This document shows positions 1-12,956 of a stretch of DNA of 64,000 bases, one piece after another. The first letter of the stretch is position 1; each line of letters starts with the position of its first letter. The stretch spans positions 1 through 64,000 of the forward strand of contig JAVECO010000125.1 of assembly GCA_051942205.1 (NCBI GenBank), given 5' to 3'. Both the position numbers and the translations under genes were made by a program. The notes below the pieces were generated by a model. That model worked only from the letters and a program-made list of their open reading frames with translations. It did no database searches and was not told where the DNA came from. This DNA comes from Coniocarpon cinnabarinum. Its lineage: Eukaryota.

Positions 1-13
1 CACCCACCCCACA

Positions 14-652
14 ATGACCAATCCCAAACGCACCCTCTCCGACGACATCGCCGCCCTCCACCACGAAGCCAAAGCCCTCGTCTCCGCGGGGAACCAAGTC
101 CTCATCCTCAGCCACTCCTACGGCGGCGTCGTCGCCACCAACGCCATCACGGCGGACCTCTCCATCTCTGCGCGTCACAAAGAAGGAAAACAAGGAGGCA
201 TCCTGGGGATGGTGTATTTATGCGCGTTCATTCTGCAAAAGGGACAATGCGTCGTTGACATCGTCTCGGAGAGTGGCTGTGCTTTGGATATCGATCTACG
301 AGACGACGGCACGTGTTTTCCGAAGAATCCCGTGGAGGCGTTTTATCAGGATGTTGAGGCGCGGCGGGCGGAAGAACTGAAGGGGAGGTTGGACGTGCAT
401 GCCACATCTGCGCAGGTGGAGAAGTGCAGCTATGAGGCGTGGCGGGGCCAGAAGGTGGGGTATATTTTTTGTGAAGCGGATGAGGCGATTGTGCTGAAGA
501 GACAGAGGCGTATGGTGGAGGCGGTGGGGGAGCGGGGGGTTGATGTTGAGACGCAGACGTTGGAGTGTGGGCATAGTCCTTTTGTGGTCTGTCCTGAGAG
601 GGTGGTAGAGCTGGTGGGGGGTTATGTGAAGGAGTGGACGGGTGTGGCTTAG
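14..652 (+). CDS. Alpha/beta-hydrolase (methylesterase-like), probably 5'-truncated by the window edge
   Basis: Nucleophile elbow SHSYGG, acid in CEADEAI, C-terminal GHSPF; the N-terminal HG oxyanion motif is absent, so it likely begins upstream of the window. Confidence 0.85.
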   Translation: MTNPKRTLSDDIAALHHEAKALVSAGNQVLILSHSYGGVVATNAITADLSISARHKEGKQGGILGMVYLCAFILQKGQCVVDIVSESGCALDIDLRDDGTCFPKNPVEAFYQDVEARRAEELKGRLDVHATSAQVEKCSYEAWRGQKVGYIFCEADEAIVLKRQRRMVEAVGERGVDVETQTLECGHSPFVVCPERVVELVGGYVKEWTGVA

Positions 653-1326
653 AAGCGGGTGGGAAAAGATTGAGGGACAGACGCCACTGCGTTCAGCGAG
701 TGGAGACATGCTGTCATCTCGTCTACCTGAATGAAGAAAACACTCACAGACGATAGATCGAAAGCATCTGTGAGAGTTCAAAGATGAGGGACTCGTAGGA
801 ATCATCTGGCCCAGAACATTTAGATGAACACGTGGTCTGTGCGCCAATGCATCTCACCTCCAAACCGTTACTCAACGAATTTCAAACCAGCTCAAGTACC
901 CAATCCTCGTTCACCAGGCTCAGAATTTCTCGTCGCGTCGTTCTGGCTATCCAGCGGACCACACCTCTTCTCCGCCGACCTCCGCGTTTCTCAATCTTTC
1001 CGGTCTTCCAAACCCCACGTATCCCCACGAAGACCACCCACGCCGAATTCCAGACCTCCGGCGAATCTGCTCCTCAATCCCGCAGCAAGTCAATACTCCT
1101 GGGCGCAGATTCGCGAGCAGTGCAAGCGCGGTATCTAATCGCGCCTGCTCCTTACGCACGTCCGTCGTCCCTCGCTCAACAGCTGCAGCATCGCAGCGCA
1201 TTTGCTGTTTCTCCTCCCTCCAAGCGTTCAGTCAACACCAGAAGTCTCGCACCCCCTAATACTGCGTCTCGCTCGAGATCGCACCTTCTCTCCCCTCGAA
1301 TCAAAGCCTTCGCAACTTCCCCACCA

Positions 1327-1956
1327 ATGGCGCCCCCGGCTGACGCCTCCACCACCAAACCCTCAACAAGTTCCCCCTCAATCCAAGCCCTCCGCCCCAT
1401 AATCCTCAGCGGCCCCTCCGGCGCTGGTAAATCCACCCTCATCAACCGCCTCTCCAAAGCGCATCCCCATCTCTTCGGTTTCAGCATCAGCCACACCACC
1501 CGCTCGCCCCGCCCCGGCGAGCAGAATGGGAGAGAATACCACTTCATCCCCCGTGACACCTTCCAAACCATGATAACCTCCTCCCAATTCTTGGAACACG
1601 CCCAGTTTGGCGGGAATTTTTACGGCACCTCGAAGGGAGAGATCGGTCGAATCCAGGGACTGGAACGGGTCCCGGTTCTGGACATCGACATGGAAGGTGT
1701 GAAATCAGTCTTGCAGGATGCAGAATTAGGGGCCTTAGTGCGGACGTGTGCGGTGCAGCCGCCGAGCCTGGCAGAGCTGGAGAAGAGACTCCGAGGACGG
1801 GGGACGGAGACGGAGGAGAAAGTGAGGGAACGGCTGCAGAAGGCGGAGGTGGAGATGGCGTTCTCGACGGAGGAGGGGCGGTTTCAGAGGGTGGTGGTGA
1901 ATGAGGAGGTGGAGAGGGCTTGGGAGGAGCTGGAGGCTTGGGTGTTTGAGCGGTGA
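1327..1956 (+). CDS. GUK1: Guanylate kinase
   Basis: RPIILSGPSGAGKST P-loop, SISHTTRSPRPGE..GREYHF, GNFYGTS, LDIDMEG, LEKRLRGRGTETEE; ATG at 1327 (frame open from 832). Confidence 0.95.
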   Translation: MAPPADASTTKPSTSSPSIQALRPIILSGPSGAGKSTLINRLSKAHPHLFGFSISHTTRSPRPGEQNGREYHFIPRDTFQTMITSSQFLEHAQFGGNFYGTSKGEIGRIQGLERVPVLDIDMEGVKSVLQDAELGALVRTCAVQPPSLAELEKRLRGRGTETEEKVRERLQKAEVEMAFSTEEGRFQRVVVNEEVERAWEELEAWVFER

Positions 1957-2613
1957 GGTGTTGCATGTGGGCTCTTGTGGCGCTGTGAGGAGACGAGAAT
2001 TCAAAGGGTGATTTGCAAGAGATGGAGGAGATGCGTTCGGGATTGTGCTAAAGAATATAGAGGGTAGATGCTGAACAGACGGAGACCACAACGTCTTCTT
2101 CCTCGATGCTCTTCTCGAAGTGAGATATCTTGCATGATTTGACCGTGTTCCCTTTTAGTGACTTTCCAGCCAAATAACGCTGCATGATCCTAGGGAATGA
2201 CACGGCGATTTGCTTGCATATAGGGAGAACGAAGGCGCTTACGATGATCACATCCGTGGATCATGCTGTTTATGTTGTTGTTTTTGAGACGCGATCGTTT
2301 ATCTTAAGGCCACTCTACCTGAGACTGCAAAGGGAATGACGACACTGATTGCGACTGAGACAAATGAAACAGCACGAAGTCCAAGGTGTACTCAAACATT
2401 CGTTCTTCTTTGGACTTACAGTATACATGAGGCGACTGCGCCAGTCTGATTCGAAGACAGCTCGTATCCCACCCGTCCTCTCTGCGATCCATTGTCGACC
2501 GTGTGGCTGTGACTCTCTAACCATTTGCTATACTCCACAGAACGCCCGAAACGAACACAGAGCATCCGCACACATTCCGCGCACAGTGATCAACTCATCA
2601 GAAGACACGATCG

Positions 2614-3415
2614 CTACTGGCCACCACGAATTGGAACACCCTCTCGCTGCGGCGGCGGACTCACAGCACCAGCCACTTTCCTCTCTTCCTCAGTGAGACC
2701 CGTCCCCAATTTCCCCGCTCGGCTCGCCGCACCACCCGGCACAGCACTTCCCCCATCTTCATCCTCCTGGTCATCAACACTCACACTCCTCTGCATCAGG
2801 CTCCCCTCCTTGACTGGACTCCCGCTCTTCAAAGTCCCCTGCTGCATCGCAGGCGGAAGACGGATCCCATCACTCAGCGCGCCGCTCGGTGCTGAGATGC
2901 TGTTGCGCTGGCCGCCGGGGTAGGAGGAGCCGCTCGTGGGACCGGGCTGTTCGCCGCCGTTGGAGGTCGTGGGGGAGAGGTGCGGGATTGTTTCTGGGTT
3001 GGGGTGTTCGCGGCCGACCTGCGTGACGCCGATGTCGGAGGCTTTGCCGGCTTTGGAGAGGGCGTAGTCGCCGCTGTCGAAGTATTTGCGTTCCTGAGAT
3101 GATGCTGTTAGTGATGAATGTTTCAGTATGTATGGTATGTGTCTGGTGCTGTGTGCGGGTGAGGTATGAACCGCCGCGCAGACAGGAGGAGAGGAAGTCA
3201 AGAACGATGGGCTGGAGAAGTCACAGAATGACGAACCTTGAGTTTGTTCTGAAGGACGTCGGTCCGGTTGGGAAGCTTGCCGTATTTGCGGAAGAGGTCT
3301 TGCTCCTCTGGGCTGAGCGACTGGAGGTATCGTGAGCTTGGTACTGTCCTACACACTCTCCACGGCCGGCGCCACTTACGCTGATATCGACCTTGTTCTT
3401 CTGGAATGGATTCAT
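2614..3415 (-). CDS. IGO1: Endosulfine / ARPP-19 family PP2A inhibitor (Igo1-like), 3 exons
   Basis: Spliced: MNPFQKNKVDIS|SLSPEEQDLFRKYGKLPNRTDVLQNKLK|ERKYFDSGDYALSKAG; FDSGDY is the Greatwall/Rim15 phosphosite motif. Confidence 0.92.
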
Positions 3416-4489
3416 AGCGACGGCTTATGCTGGGTGTGATTTCGCCAGTGGCTCGCTGGGCAAGCTTTGCGTGTGCGCCTAACCCAGCGCTCCTCAGTGC
3501 GGCGGGGCGGCGGGGTTCGTCGGTCTGGAGGTTGTGCGGGTAGGGCGGGGAAGTAAGAGACGGAGAGGAGTTGCGCTCGCGGTATCGTGGACTTGTGTGG
3601 TATTTGCGATCGCGTGAACAAAGGCGGAGTGGATGTGCTCGTGGTCAAACCACAACTTAGTGCAGGTAGTTGCGCCGGAGTTGACGAGATCAGTGAAGAT
3701 ATCTATCGGACGGTCGTCGAAATTGCAGTCCCTCTGAAGATGGAGCTGATGTTTCAGATATGGCGGCGCACCGCAAAGCGTGGGTATGCGATGACGTAGT
3801 TGCTGCGGTGCTGCGAACGACGTGACACCCCAGGATCTGCTATCAGCCGTGCGTTGCAGAACAGGCGGATGAAGACGAAGTAGTTCTCGAGGTGAAGAAA
3901 AGTACGTACAAGCTAGCGCAGGAAATGGGTCTGCTGGAGCAACCAGGCGTGGTGTGCCGGAGAAAATGTATGTCAGAAGCGTGAGAGCCAATCAAAGGAG
4001 CCGCTGCAGTCAAGTCGAGCCGGGCTGGGCTTCGGCTGTTGTTGCCGCGAGCACTTCCGCCAACCTCTGATTCTGCGTCTCTCTCTCGTCCTTCCTCTTG
4101 CATTCAGTGGCAGTCAATAGTCAATAGCCCCCGCCTGCACTTCGTCTCCCATGGCCGCACGACACGCGTAGTGCCCAAACCTTCCTGCCTCATTTAATTA
4201 CCTAAAGCTGTCCACAGCTCCATTTCCGTCGCAATCGAAACCTTCCGCTGCCCCCAAGCTTGTGGCCTCCGCGTCGACTAACGCAAGGAACCATCGAGAC
4301 CGGGCCTCCCTCACGCTGGTCTCGTGAGCTTCTCCCACCCCCTCCGCCGCTGTTCCCCTCTCCATTGCCCAGCACATCCCCATCCTAGTCCTGTTCCCCG
4401 TTTCTCACGGCCCTCTCGGACCCGCTTCCCATTGGTGTCGCGCTCACGCTTACGCTTTCGTCCACGATCGATCCTGTTTCCTCGGGAGC

Positions 4490-5370
4490 ATGAGCAACCA
4501 GGGAAGCGACCGCAAGCGGGGTGGCCAGCCCAAGACCTTCGTCGTCGAGCATCTCGACCCGGAGCTGGAGGCGTGGTCCGCACTGGAGTATCAGACCATT
4601 GACCTCGAATGCGCCGACGATCGTGCCGGCTTCATGCTCTCCTCCGTGCCGGCCAGCTTGGACGTCGCGACGAAGCTGTCCACTCGACCCGGCCTCAACA
4701 CGGAGACGCGCGGCGTCGAGGAGATCTTCGCCCACTGCAAGGATCGCGTCTGCTTGTTGGATCCTGGTGCCAGTCAGGAGTTGAGCCCTGATGACGCGGA
4801 CCGGTTTGATGTCTTCCTCTTTGGGGGCATCCTAGGTAGATAGACTTTATCAGGCTCGATTGCAAGCTGCTTCTTCAAGCTTACGCGATGTTTCTGCAGG
4901 TGATGATCCTCCGCGTGGTAGGAGCAACGCTCTCTCTTGAATCACTTGCTGCATGTGTGTTGATTGATCACGATCAGATCGGACTTCTGAGTTGCGTCAG
5001 AAGGGCTTCACTGGTCGACGGCTAGGTCCTGTGCAAATGACGACGGACACTGCAGTGCGCGCTGCGAGAAATGTCGTTCTTAAAGGCAGTGCGTGCATGC
5101 AATAGCATACATTTTAGGACTAGCGTTGCTGACCTGGTCAAAGTGCCGTTGGGTGACATGAAATACGTCGATCACCCTGAGATCAAGCTTGATGAGCACG
5201 AATCCACACAAATGCCGTTCAGATATATTCTAGGTGCCGATGATAGACCCATTATGCCAAACGTAAGTGCATCAGCTTTGTCATTAGCGTGATCCGGAAG
5301 TAACAATTTGCAGGGTATGATAGAATTGATCAAAAAGGATGCAGACAAAGGCTTCGGAGAGCTTCTATAA
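4490..5370 (+). CDS. SFM1: SPOUT-family protein arginine methyltransferase Sfm1, multi-exon
   Basis: FVVEHLDPE..WSALEY, VCLLDP, FLFGGILG|DDPPR|DRTSELR, QMTTDTAVR, MPFRY; canonical introns; stop TAA at 5370. Confidence 0.9.
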
Positions 5371-6027
5371 TATTACTGAAGCAGGCATCTGAAGCTTAGA
5401 AGCATGATGCTAGCCTGCAGTGACTTAGCATAGCGAGTACATAGGGAATCAATTCGGAATAGATGCGCTTGCCCAGCGCAAAACAATGCACAGTCGAGTA
5501 GACCAAGCCCATGCTGACCTGATAATGTTCGCATGCAGGGTGACCTTTGTCAGAATCCGAGCCTCATTCATGCTGGGACTTCCCTCACAGAGTCACAAAG
5601 TCTGACTCCAACTCTCAACATTCATTGAAACTGTCCGTCTTAAAGCGAAGCTGAAAAAACCACGCAAGAACCAAAGTCACGAGTCGGTTCATCAGCATTA
5701 GAAAGACATTTTTGCATTGCGCAAAAACTTTCGCTCTGAGGCCTCTGGGAATGCAGGACGATCCATCGTGGAGATTGAATGCCCAAGGGTATTGAGGCCC
5801 GTCTCAAATTTCTGAAGAGCAAGAAAAAGAAAAGAAGAATTTTGCATGTTAATTGAGGAAGTGATTTAGGATCGTGGAATGATGTGGAGGAACGTGGCAC
5901 TGCTGTGGCTCTCCCCCCCTTTTCGTGCCCTGCAAGTCGTCAGAGAGCACTCTGGTATATGCATCCTCCTATAGCTATTCCAATCTAAAAAGCCAGTGAT
6001 CAAGTCCTCGTCCAGAGATGTACACCA

Positions 6028-7068
6028 TTACGTCCCATCAGGACTCCAGCTTCGATCCTCCACACTCCTCACCACCTCGTCGACCCTCCCCCTCCGTGCT
6101 ATAATCTCCCTCCCATTCACCAAATCATTCCCATCCGCCCGTTTGCCCGCAGCGTCCTCGTCCCTCTCAATCCCCGCAGCGACATGTCGCTTCACCAGCC
6201 TCGCGCGTGCCCGTTCCTCCGACACGTCCACAAACCAAACTTCATCCATGAGCTTTTTCGCACGACTCCATGCACTCGCCCCTTCTTCTTCTTCCTCTCC
6301 CTCCTTGGAATCCTCTGCTTCGTCTCCGCCCTGCTGATCGGAATCTTGCCTCGCCTCCGTCGTATCTTCCAACGCGACGTAATTCCCCTCAAACACCACG
6401 ACCTTGACACCCCTTCCTATCTCCACACCCCCCGCCACCGGATCCTTGACCTTATGATCAAACGTCGGCGCAAAAATACTCCCCATCTCCGGCGTGATCG
6501 GCTGTCGCAGTCGCTTCACCAGCTCCAGATACCCCTCGGCATCAAACGTAAACGCCGCGCCCCGTCGAGCATGTGCAGTCGTGGGATCAGGCAATGCGGA
6601 TAATTGGGCGCGAGTGAGGTGATAGCCATCCATTGGCACTAAAACAGCAAGGGGATGAGCAGTCGAGGACGTTGTCGTCTTTAGCAATGAAGCTGTGGAT
6701 TTGGTCGGGGTCGTTTCGTCGGGCTTTGCGAGCGAGGGATTTGCAGCGAGGGGATCCAACGAGCCGGTGCCGGCGGTCAGACCGGGATGGTCTTGGGCGT
6801 AGCGCTCGTTCAGGCGGGACACGAGGAGGGAGGCGAGGGTTGTTTTGCCGGAGCCGGGGATGCCTCCCACGGCTATGAGGAGGCGTTGGGAGGGTCTGAG
6901 CGGCTGGGTCAGGTCTGTGTTTGCTGTTAGAGATGGGGCATATCTCGCTTGTAATTCTTCTACTTGAAAGACTTGAAATCGTGAAGGGAACGTTTTTTTG
7001 AAAGGGAAAGGACGAGAGGAACACTGACTCCAGGCTTTGTCAATGAGACGGTTAAGTTGTTCGTCCAT
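6028..7068 (-). CDS. P-loop kinase, phosphoribulokinase/uridine kinase family (Yfh7-like)
   Basis: IAVGGIPGSGKTT, VPMDGYHL, ARRGAAFTFD, APTFDHKVKDP, VVFEGNY; probable in-frame intron after MDEQLNRLIDKAW. Confidence 0.88.
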   Translation of the reverse strand: MDEQLNRLIDKAWSQCSSRPFPFKKTFPSRFQVFQVEELQARYAPSLTANTDLTQPLRPSQRLLIAVGGIPGSGKTTLASLLVSRLNERYAQDHPGLTAGTGSLDPLAANPSLAKPDETTPTKSTASLLKTTTSSTAHPLAVLVPMDGYHLTRAQLSALPDPTTAHARRGAAFTFDAEGYLELVKRLRQPITPEMGSIFAPTFDHKVKDPVAGGVEIGRGVKVVVFEGNYVALEDTTEARQDSDQQGGDEAEDSKEGEEEEEGASAWSRAKKLMDEVWFVDVSEERARARLVKRHVAAGIERDEDAAGKRADGNDLVNGREIIARRGRVDEVVRSVEDRSWSPDGT

Positions 7069-7786
7069 CCTTTCTTATAAATGCAAATGAGTCTAGAATA
7101 ATGCAGGCTGTGCAGTGCCCCAGCGGTCAAGTCCTTGCTTTTACGTGTAGCGAGTGCGTTCAATGGAACACAAGCTGTAAAGCTCGACCGCACCAAGCGA
7201 CTCGTTTCCTGCTTCTGGTTCTTTTTTCTGTCTCGAGGAGGAGCTACGCTATGCCATCAGTTTCGTGCAGTCCTACGGGAGCTCGTCCTTGGATACTTCT
7301 ATGCAGGCGCGACAAGCGTGCTAGCAAACCTTCGGTCGTTGTGAAATGGTTCATGGAGGTTTGAGAAAGCTGAAACGGGACATGGAGCTCTATACGAGCT
7401 CCCGGCGCCAGAGCTGTTACGTCAAGGGGAAATTCAGTGGTAAAGCCTCGTGTGAGGTTGCCAGCGCTTCAATGATACAAAGTACAGCAGGATCATGCAG
7501 GCAGCGCGTGAAGAACGTCTGGGCATTGGGCAATGCATGGAGAGCTTGAGAAGGGAGGTCAATTGAGTTAGGGGCGAGCTCATAAGGTCTGAGAGGGGTG
7601 TCAGCATCACAATCGTTTCGATTGTTGTATTGTATTATGTACGAGCCGCTGCCACCGCTCTCACTTCGCATTTGTACAGATCCAAGCAATTCGTTATCCT
7701 CCGAAGTGCATACATTTAAAGGCCGTGATAGGAAAATCATGTGTCTCCTTTCAACACTTGTGCAAGAAGAAGGGACATCGCATCAT

Positions 7787-8574
7787 TCAAGCCGTAGCCC
7801 TCCTCGGACCGAAAATGTCGTCAACCATGCCGTTCCAAATCTGCTTTACAGTACCTTGCGTATCCCTCGCCTTGTCCGAGACTTGACTGGCGGTTTGTTC
7901 CATCTTATCTGCCAAAGCGCCGTAGTCAACTCTCACGCTATTATTGTCGTGAACGTCACTCATGACGCTTGGGGCACTGACAAAGGTTTGCTCACCGGCC
8001 GCCGTAACGACCTGAGCACGCATGACGGTGTCGTATTCGGCTGTAGGTGTCGCATGCGCGCCTGTACGCACCGGACTCTCACCGTCGGGTATTAAAGGGA
8101 CACGTAGATTGACGTTATCCATAGGCACTGGAGCTGGCTCAGAGGGCAGGTACGCGAAGTCGATGGTCGACGTGTCCTTTGGGCTACGTAATGAGCGCGA
8201 TGTGTTAATCTCTCGGGTGGACTTTTGGGGAAGCGAGGGATTCATCGGCTGCGGCCGAGTCGGAGCATGAGCCGTGGTCAGTGTCCGAGCAGTTCCGGCA
8301 GGATTGGTCTATCGAGGATCAGCACAGTTCCTAGTGACTTGCAGCGTGTGAGACTCACCTCCTCCTTGCTGGCGACTGTAGGAAGACCACGCTTTATGCC
8401 CTCGGCCCGTGGAGACTTGAGGTCCTTGTGGACATTCGGCTTGACCGTCTTCTCACTGGCCAAGACCCGAGATGGAAATGTCGCAGGACCGGTGATGTGG
8501 AGGCTGCGGGTTTGGTGGGAATGAGCAGAGAGCGAGCGTAGAGCCCTCACGGAGGTATTGCGAGCGGCGGACAT
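7787..8574 (-). CDS. Fungal hypothetical protein with a mitochondrial-presequence-like N-terminus, 2 exons
   Basis: MSAARNTSVRALRSL.. basic N-terminus; GTGAGT intron joins ..SKEE|TNPAGTART.. in frame to ..NTSRSLRSPKDTSTIDFAYLP..VKQIWNGMVDDIFGP. Confidence 0.7.
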
Positions 8575-9828
8575 TCTGCGTCTTTCTTGAACGTTGACTT
8601 CTGTTGTGGTATTGGAGGTGGAATGACGTATTTCGTGAATATTACAAAGAAAATAAAAGGCCTGATAAAGAGGGAAGGAATGGAAAGATTGAACTGCTGG
8701 TGGAGGAGCGGTGGCGCAAAGTGGACGGTTCTAGGGGTTTAGCAGGACAAAGAGAGAAAGAAGAGGTACACCTAGGGTGTGGCGAGGGGACGAGTCGGCA
8801 GTATAGGTGGCCTACAGCAGTAGATCGGGGGGAAACAGAGCACGCATTCGAGGAAGCAAGTGCGAGGGGGTGAGCAACAGCTTTAAGTACCATGATGGAC
8901 GAGGGCGCGGAGTCTGGGAAGCCGGGGAGGGCCGGCGTTTGAGGGAGAGCAGGGGAGCTTGGAGAAGACGAGTAAGCGGCGACAAGAGGAGGCGAGTGAA
9001 GTCTGTTGAGGAGGAGGGTGAGCGGGTTGGCGGCGTGTTGAGGAGGTGAATAAGGTAGCTTAAGGTGGGTAGATACTCCGTAGAGATGGAAAGATGCGGT
9101 CTGCAGGCGGCGGTTGTTCCCAGACTGGTGCCAAGCCCTCCCGCCAATCACCGCCTGCCCTTGACGGTCCAAGCTTCCCCGCACTGCGAAACCTCGTCTC
9201 ATCCTGTCTCTTGCTGTTGCTGCTGCTGCTGCTTCGACCTGCCTCTACCGTTCTCTTTCGCATCCCGGCCCTCCGTCTCGTCGACAGGCACAGCAACTCC
9301 CTCCAGCAAATCGGACGAGATAGCTTGCTGCCATCTCGTTGCAAGCGGCCGCTTAATGCAGTTTTGTTATAGCGATAGACACCCATCTTCCAACGCTCCT
9401 CAACACTCGTCCTCGTCGGCTCTCCTCGCACTTGTCCCGATCGCCCTATGTGTCTCGCATGCCTGCTGTGGTCCCTGCTTATATCTGTCACTAGACTTCT
9501 GCACGGCGTCGGTATTTTACAGAAACATCCCGACGCCTCTGAACACCTTTCCCAGTCTCTTGATCGATATTAGCTCGAGCTTGGACACCGGTTCTGGCAG
9601 TTTTTCCTCATATTTATGCTAGATTGATCACGTTTCATATTCCATCAAGCCATTTCTGTTTGAAAGGTGTCAAAGGAAAAGCAAGAAATAGTCCACAGCT
9701 TGAAACGGAGGTTTCGTGACCTTCGGCGGAATTAGAATACTACCCTTCGATACAGCTTGCGCATGCCTGTCCCTCGACTGCTATGATCAGCAAAGCTAAG
9801 ATGCAACCATCAAATGCTCAATACCATG

Positions 9829-11762
9829 CTACCCTTTGCCACCCTCAGACCTGTCTGCATGCTCGCCCACGCTGTCCAGTCGTGTCTTGACCATGTTGAT
9901 CTGTGGACTCTCCGACGGACTCATTACCGCCCCATGAGATCTGCCCACTGGCGTACTAGCTCCGCTGCTTCTCTTCAGCGAGCTTCTCCGCGACCTTTCT
10001 CCTTGTCCTTCTTCTGCCTCTCGCTCCAGGAAATCACTCCATAATTCTGCCAGACCCTCGCCGCGAGCGGGACTACCGGTGTGCTCGGGTGGACTTCTCA
10101 GAGCGGTGCTAATCGAGCTGTTGGAAGTCGATGGACTTAAGGGCGCGAGACCTGCGCTGGAGGAGACACGTCGGAATGGTGCTGACAGTGGCACCTTGAG
10201 CGCTCCAGAGCCTGATGCAGCGCCAGGGCGTGCCAGACCTGCCTGCTCCTTTTGTTCATCGTTCCAACCTAGTAATGCTGAAATGAGTTGAAGAACCTGA
10301 AATTTCTTCGGGTCGCTTCGTTCGAGCGCGAGAAATTGCAGTAAATGGTTGGTGACAAGCTGCCGATCGACATTATCGTCGGGTTTGGCACGCTTCAGAA
10401 AGCGTAAAGCCTTGGTGAGGTGGTCGTTGAGAATGACTGCTTCATGTCTTAGCTTGCCTATCTGTAGCGTCTTCTCCTTGACTTCCTTCTCCAGTGGTGA
10501 CACTCGATCAACTTGACCCTGAATCGTCGAGAGCGTCTCACGGGCTTCTTTCAGTGAGGCTTCTGCGGTGGAGAGTTGGCCACGAAGAGAGTCTACTTGG
10601 GCCTGGGCTGACTCGACGAGTTCGCGACGCTCCTCTTTTCGAGCATCGTGTACGTCTTGCAAAGCTCGTTGCATTTCCTCAACGGTGCTTGATTGCGACT
10701 CTCGCTCAGAAACGAGACGCTCGTAGGATTCTCGCTGCGTCGAAAGAGCATCTTCAAGCCCCGCAACTCGCTCAGATAAGCCTTCACGTAGAGAGCGCTC
10801 TTCCATTGCTAGCACCTCCCAATCCTGCATAGCTTGTCGTGCAGCCTCGAATTCTTCCCTTGCTGATGCCTCTCGCCCGACTAAGTCGTCGCGTTCTTTG
10901 GCCCAGTTTTGTTGAGAGAGATTTGTCCGGCCCCTTAGCGTCTCAATCTGTTTGGACTGTTCTGATACTTCTGACCGAAGATTTGAAAGATCTTTCTCCA
11001 GATCTTCTCTTTCGTCTGCGCGCTGGTTCTGAACTTGCTCCAGCTCTGAGATGCGGCCTCTCGCCGTCTCAAGCTCCGCAGCGTCTGCTTGCAATCGTTC
11101 ACCCAATTGAGTCTTGATGTTGTTCACTTGTCCGAGGAGCTTGTTGTACTTGGATTCTGCAAGGTCTTTGCCCGTTCGTGCTTGGTCAGCGTCTCGCCTC
11201 AATGCACCATGTTCTTCGTTGTGCCTGTTTTGAATGTCTTCCAGCTCTCTCCGCAATTCTGCCACCTCGTCGCGAAGATTATTCCTCTCCTTGACAGCCA
11301 TATCTAGTCGACTGGCCGTGTCTCCAGCATTGGCACTGTCGGATTGGGTCGTGCCCTTCGCCGGTTCACCATTTGCGGCCGCGGAAGATTTCCGTCGAGC
11401 AGTAGACGCTGGTCTGTCTGGTATACTTTCCCTTGGTTCTTGACTGGCTTTCTGGTCTTCTTGAGTAGGCGATTGTGGCTCGTCAACGTTCTCATTTCCC
11501 TGAGTTTCGTCTTCATTCTCGTCCTCGGCATGGTCTATGACACCGTTGGGCTGAGTGGCGTTGCCGTTCACTTTCGATGCTCCAGCTGCTTTCGACTTTC
11601 TCTTTCTCTGCTTCTTGCTTTTACTGGTTGCTGTAACGCATCAGTACATATTGTTCAGGCCTTGCGGAGAGTGCAGTCGATAGCTTGGCGATTGGACAAA
11701 CAAATGGACACAGCAAACTCACAGGAAGGCTGTTGTACGTCCGCATCAGCGTTTGTCGCCAT
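9829..11762 (-). CDS. RUD3: Golgin with C-terminal GRAB domain (Rud3/GMAP-210 family), 2 exons
   Basis: Long coiled coil then NVDRQLVTNHLLQFL..KKFQVLQLISALLGW; short first exon MATNADADVQQPS spliced in frame to STSKSKKQRKRKSK. Confidence 0.88.
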
Positions 11763-12956
11763 CTCTGAGTTGTCAATGCAGCGAGCCTGAGTTGAGAAGA
11801 GTCTAAAAGGCCACAGTAGGTATGTAGATTATTCGAGGAGCTGGACGTGGTGCTGATGGTTGAAATGCCACTTCCAATTTAGGAAGCTAGTGAGCCCCAT
11901 CTGGGGCAGTACAGCCGACGGAAATAACCAAACCCTGCAAATCATGGGTAACGTCCACGTATCCACGTACCTTGCCTGTTTGCTCGACCACTTAGCAGGT
12001 CGCAACGATCAAGAGCGATATAGCGATGGTTAGTAAGCATCTATTCTCTAAGAAGTGCTCCTATCTATCGTGGATTCTTTCTGAAGTGGCGTTTCGTTAC
12101 AAAGCGGATGACATTGCTCAGCTACGAGGTCAGCCACCACAACGAAAACATTTCGAGGTACAATTTTGGTATCGTATCATTCAAAAGTCTTAACATCTTC
12201 TCACGACAGAATGTGTCGACATGCTTCTCGCAAAGTCTGCAGAGCCCAAAACTTGCTCGAGCATTGGTGCGTAAGCCTGCTTGTGCAGGTGAACTTGGTT
12301 CGAGTTCCGAGTTTGCTCGAACGCGAGCCTGGGCGCACAATTCACGCCAACGACCACCCATGATTGAGTCCACACGCCGTTCAGTGACCATAGTCGCAAC
12401 CTGCCACGATTGAGAGCGAGCTCATCAATCTGGTCAGACGACGGAGCAGACCCTCGACTCAATACCTATTTTTTCTCCTAAAAATGCCTTTCAGATGTTG
12501 TTGACACAGGACTCAAGTAAGCTGGACACATTCTGTGCTACTACATGCGCAGTCACAGAGCTATTGGCACGGCGTCATTCCGTGATGTCTACGAATCCAA
12601 TGCATTCCAAATACCTCTGCATCGAATGTGCCCCACCTCGCACCAAGCTCTGGACCTGACCTCATCTCTCCCCCATTGGCCCGTCTCCTCTCTTTCTGGT
12701 GCATCACTCTAGATCTAGCGGTATCACACAGCCCAGTAAGCTTAAAACCCAGATCTCGGCCCGTCCAATCGCAGAGATGGCCTTTCCAATTCGAGGTGTC
12801 CATGTGGAGAGACCCTTGTCCCCGCATTCCCTTTCGTAGATCTGACATCTAAAGCATCGCTCGTTGCCTTCATGCTATAGTGGACGCATAAATTGAAGAA
12901 GAATACCGACTACCAGCTGTGTTTTGACAGACTCGAGGACACTGCAACCTGCGAAC

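Noticed and set aside
8604..9622. Cluster of overlapping 90-186 aa ORFs and a CTG run
   Set aside because: Low complexity, on both strands, no recognisable motif; treated as intergenic/UTR
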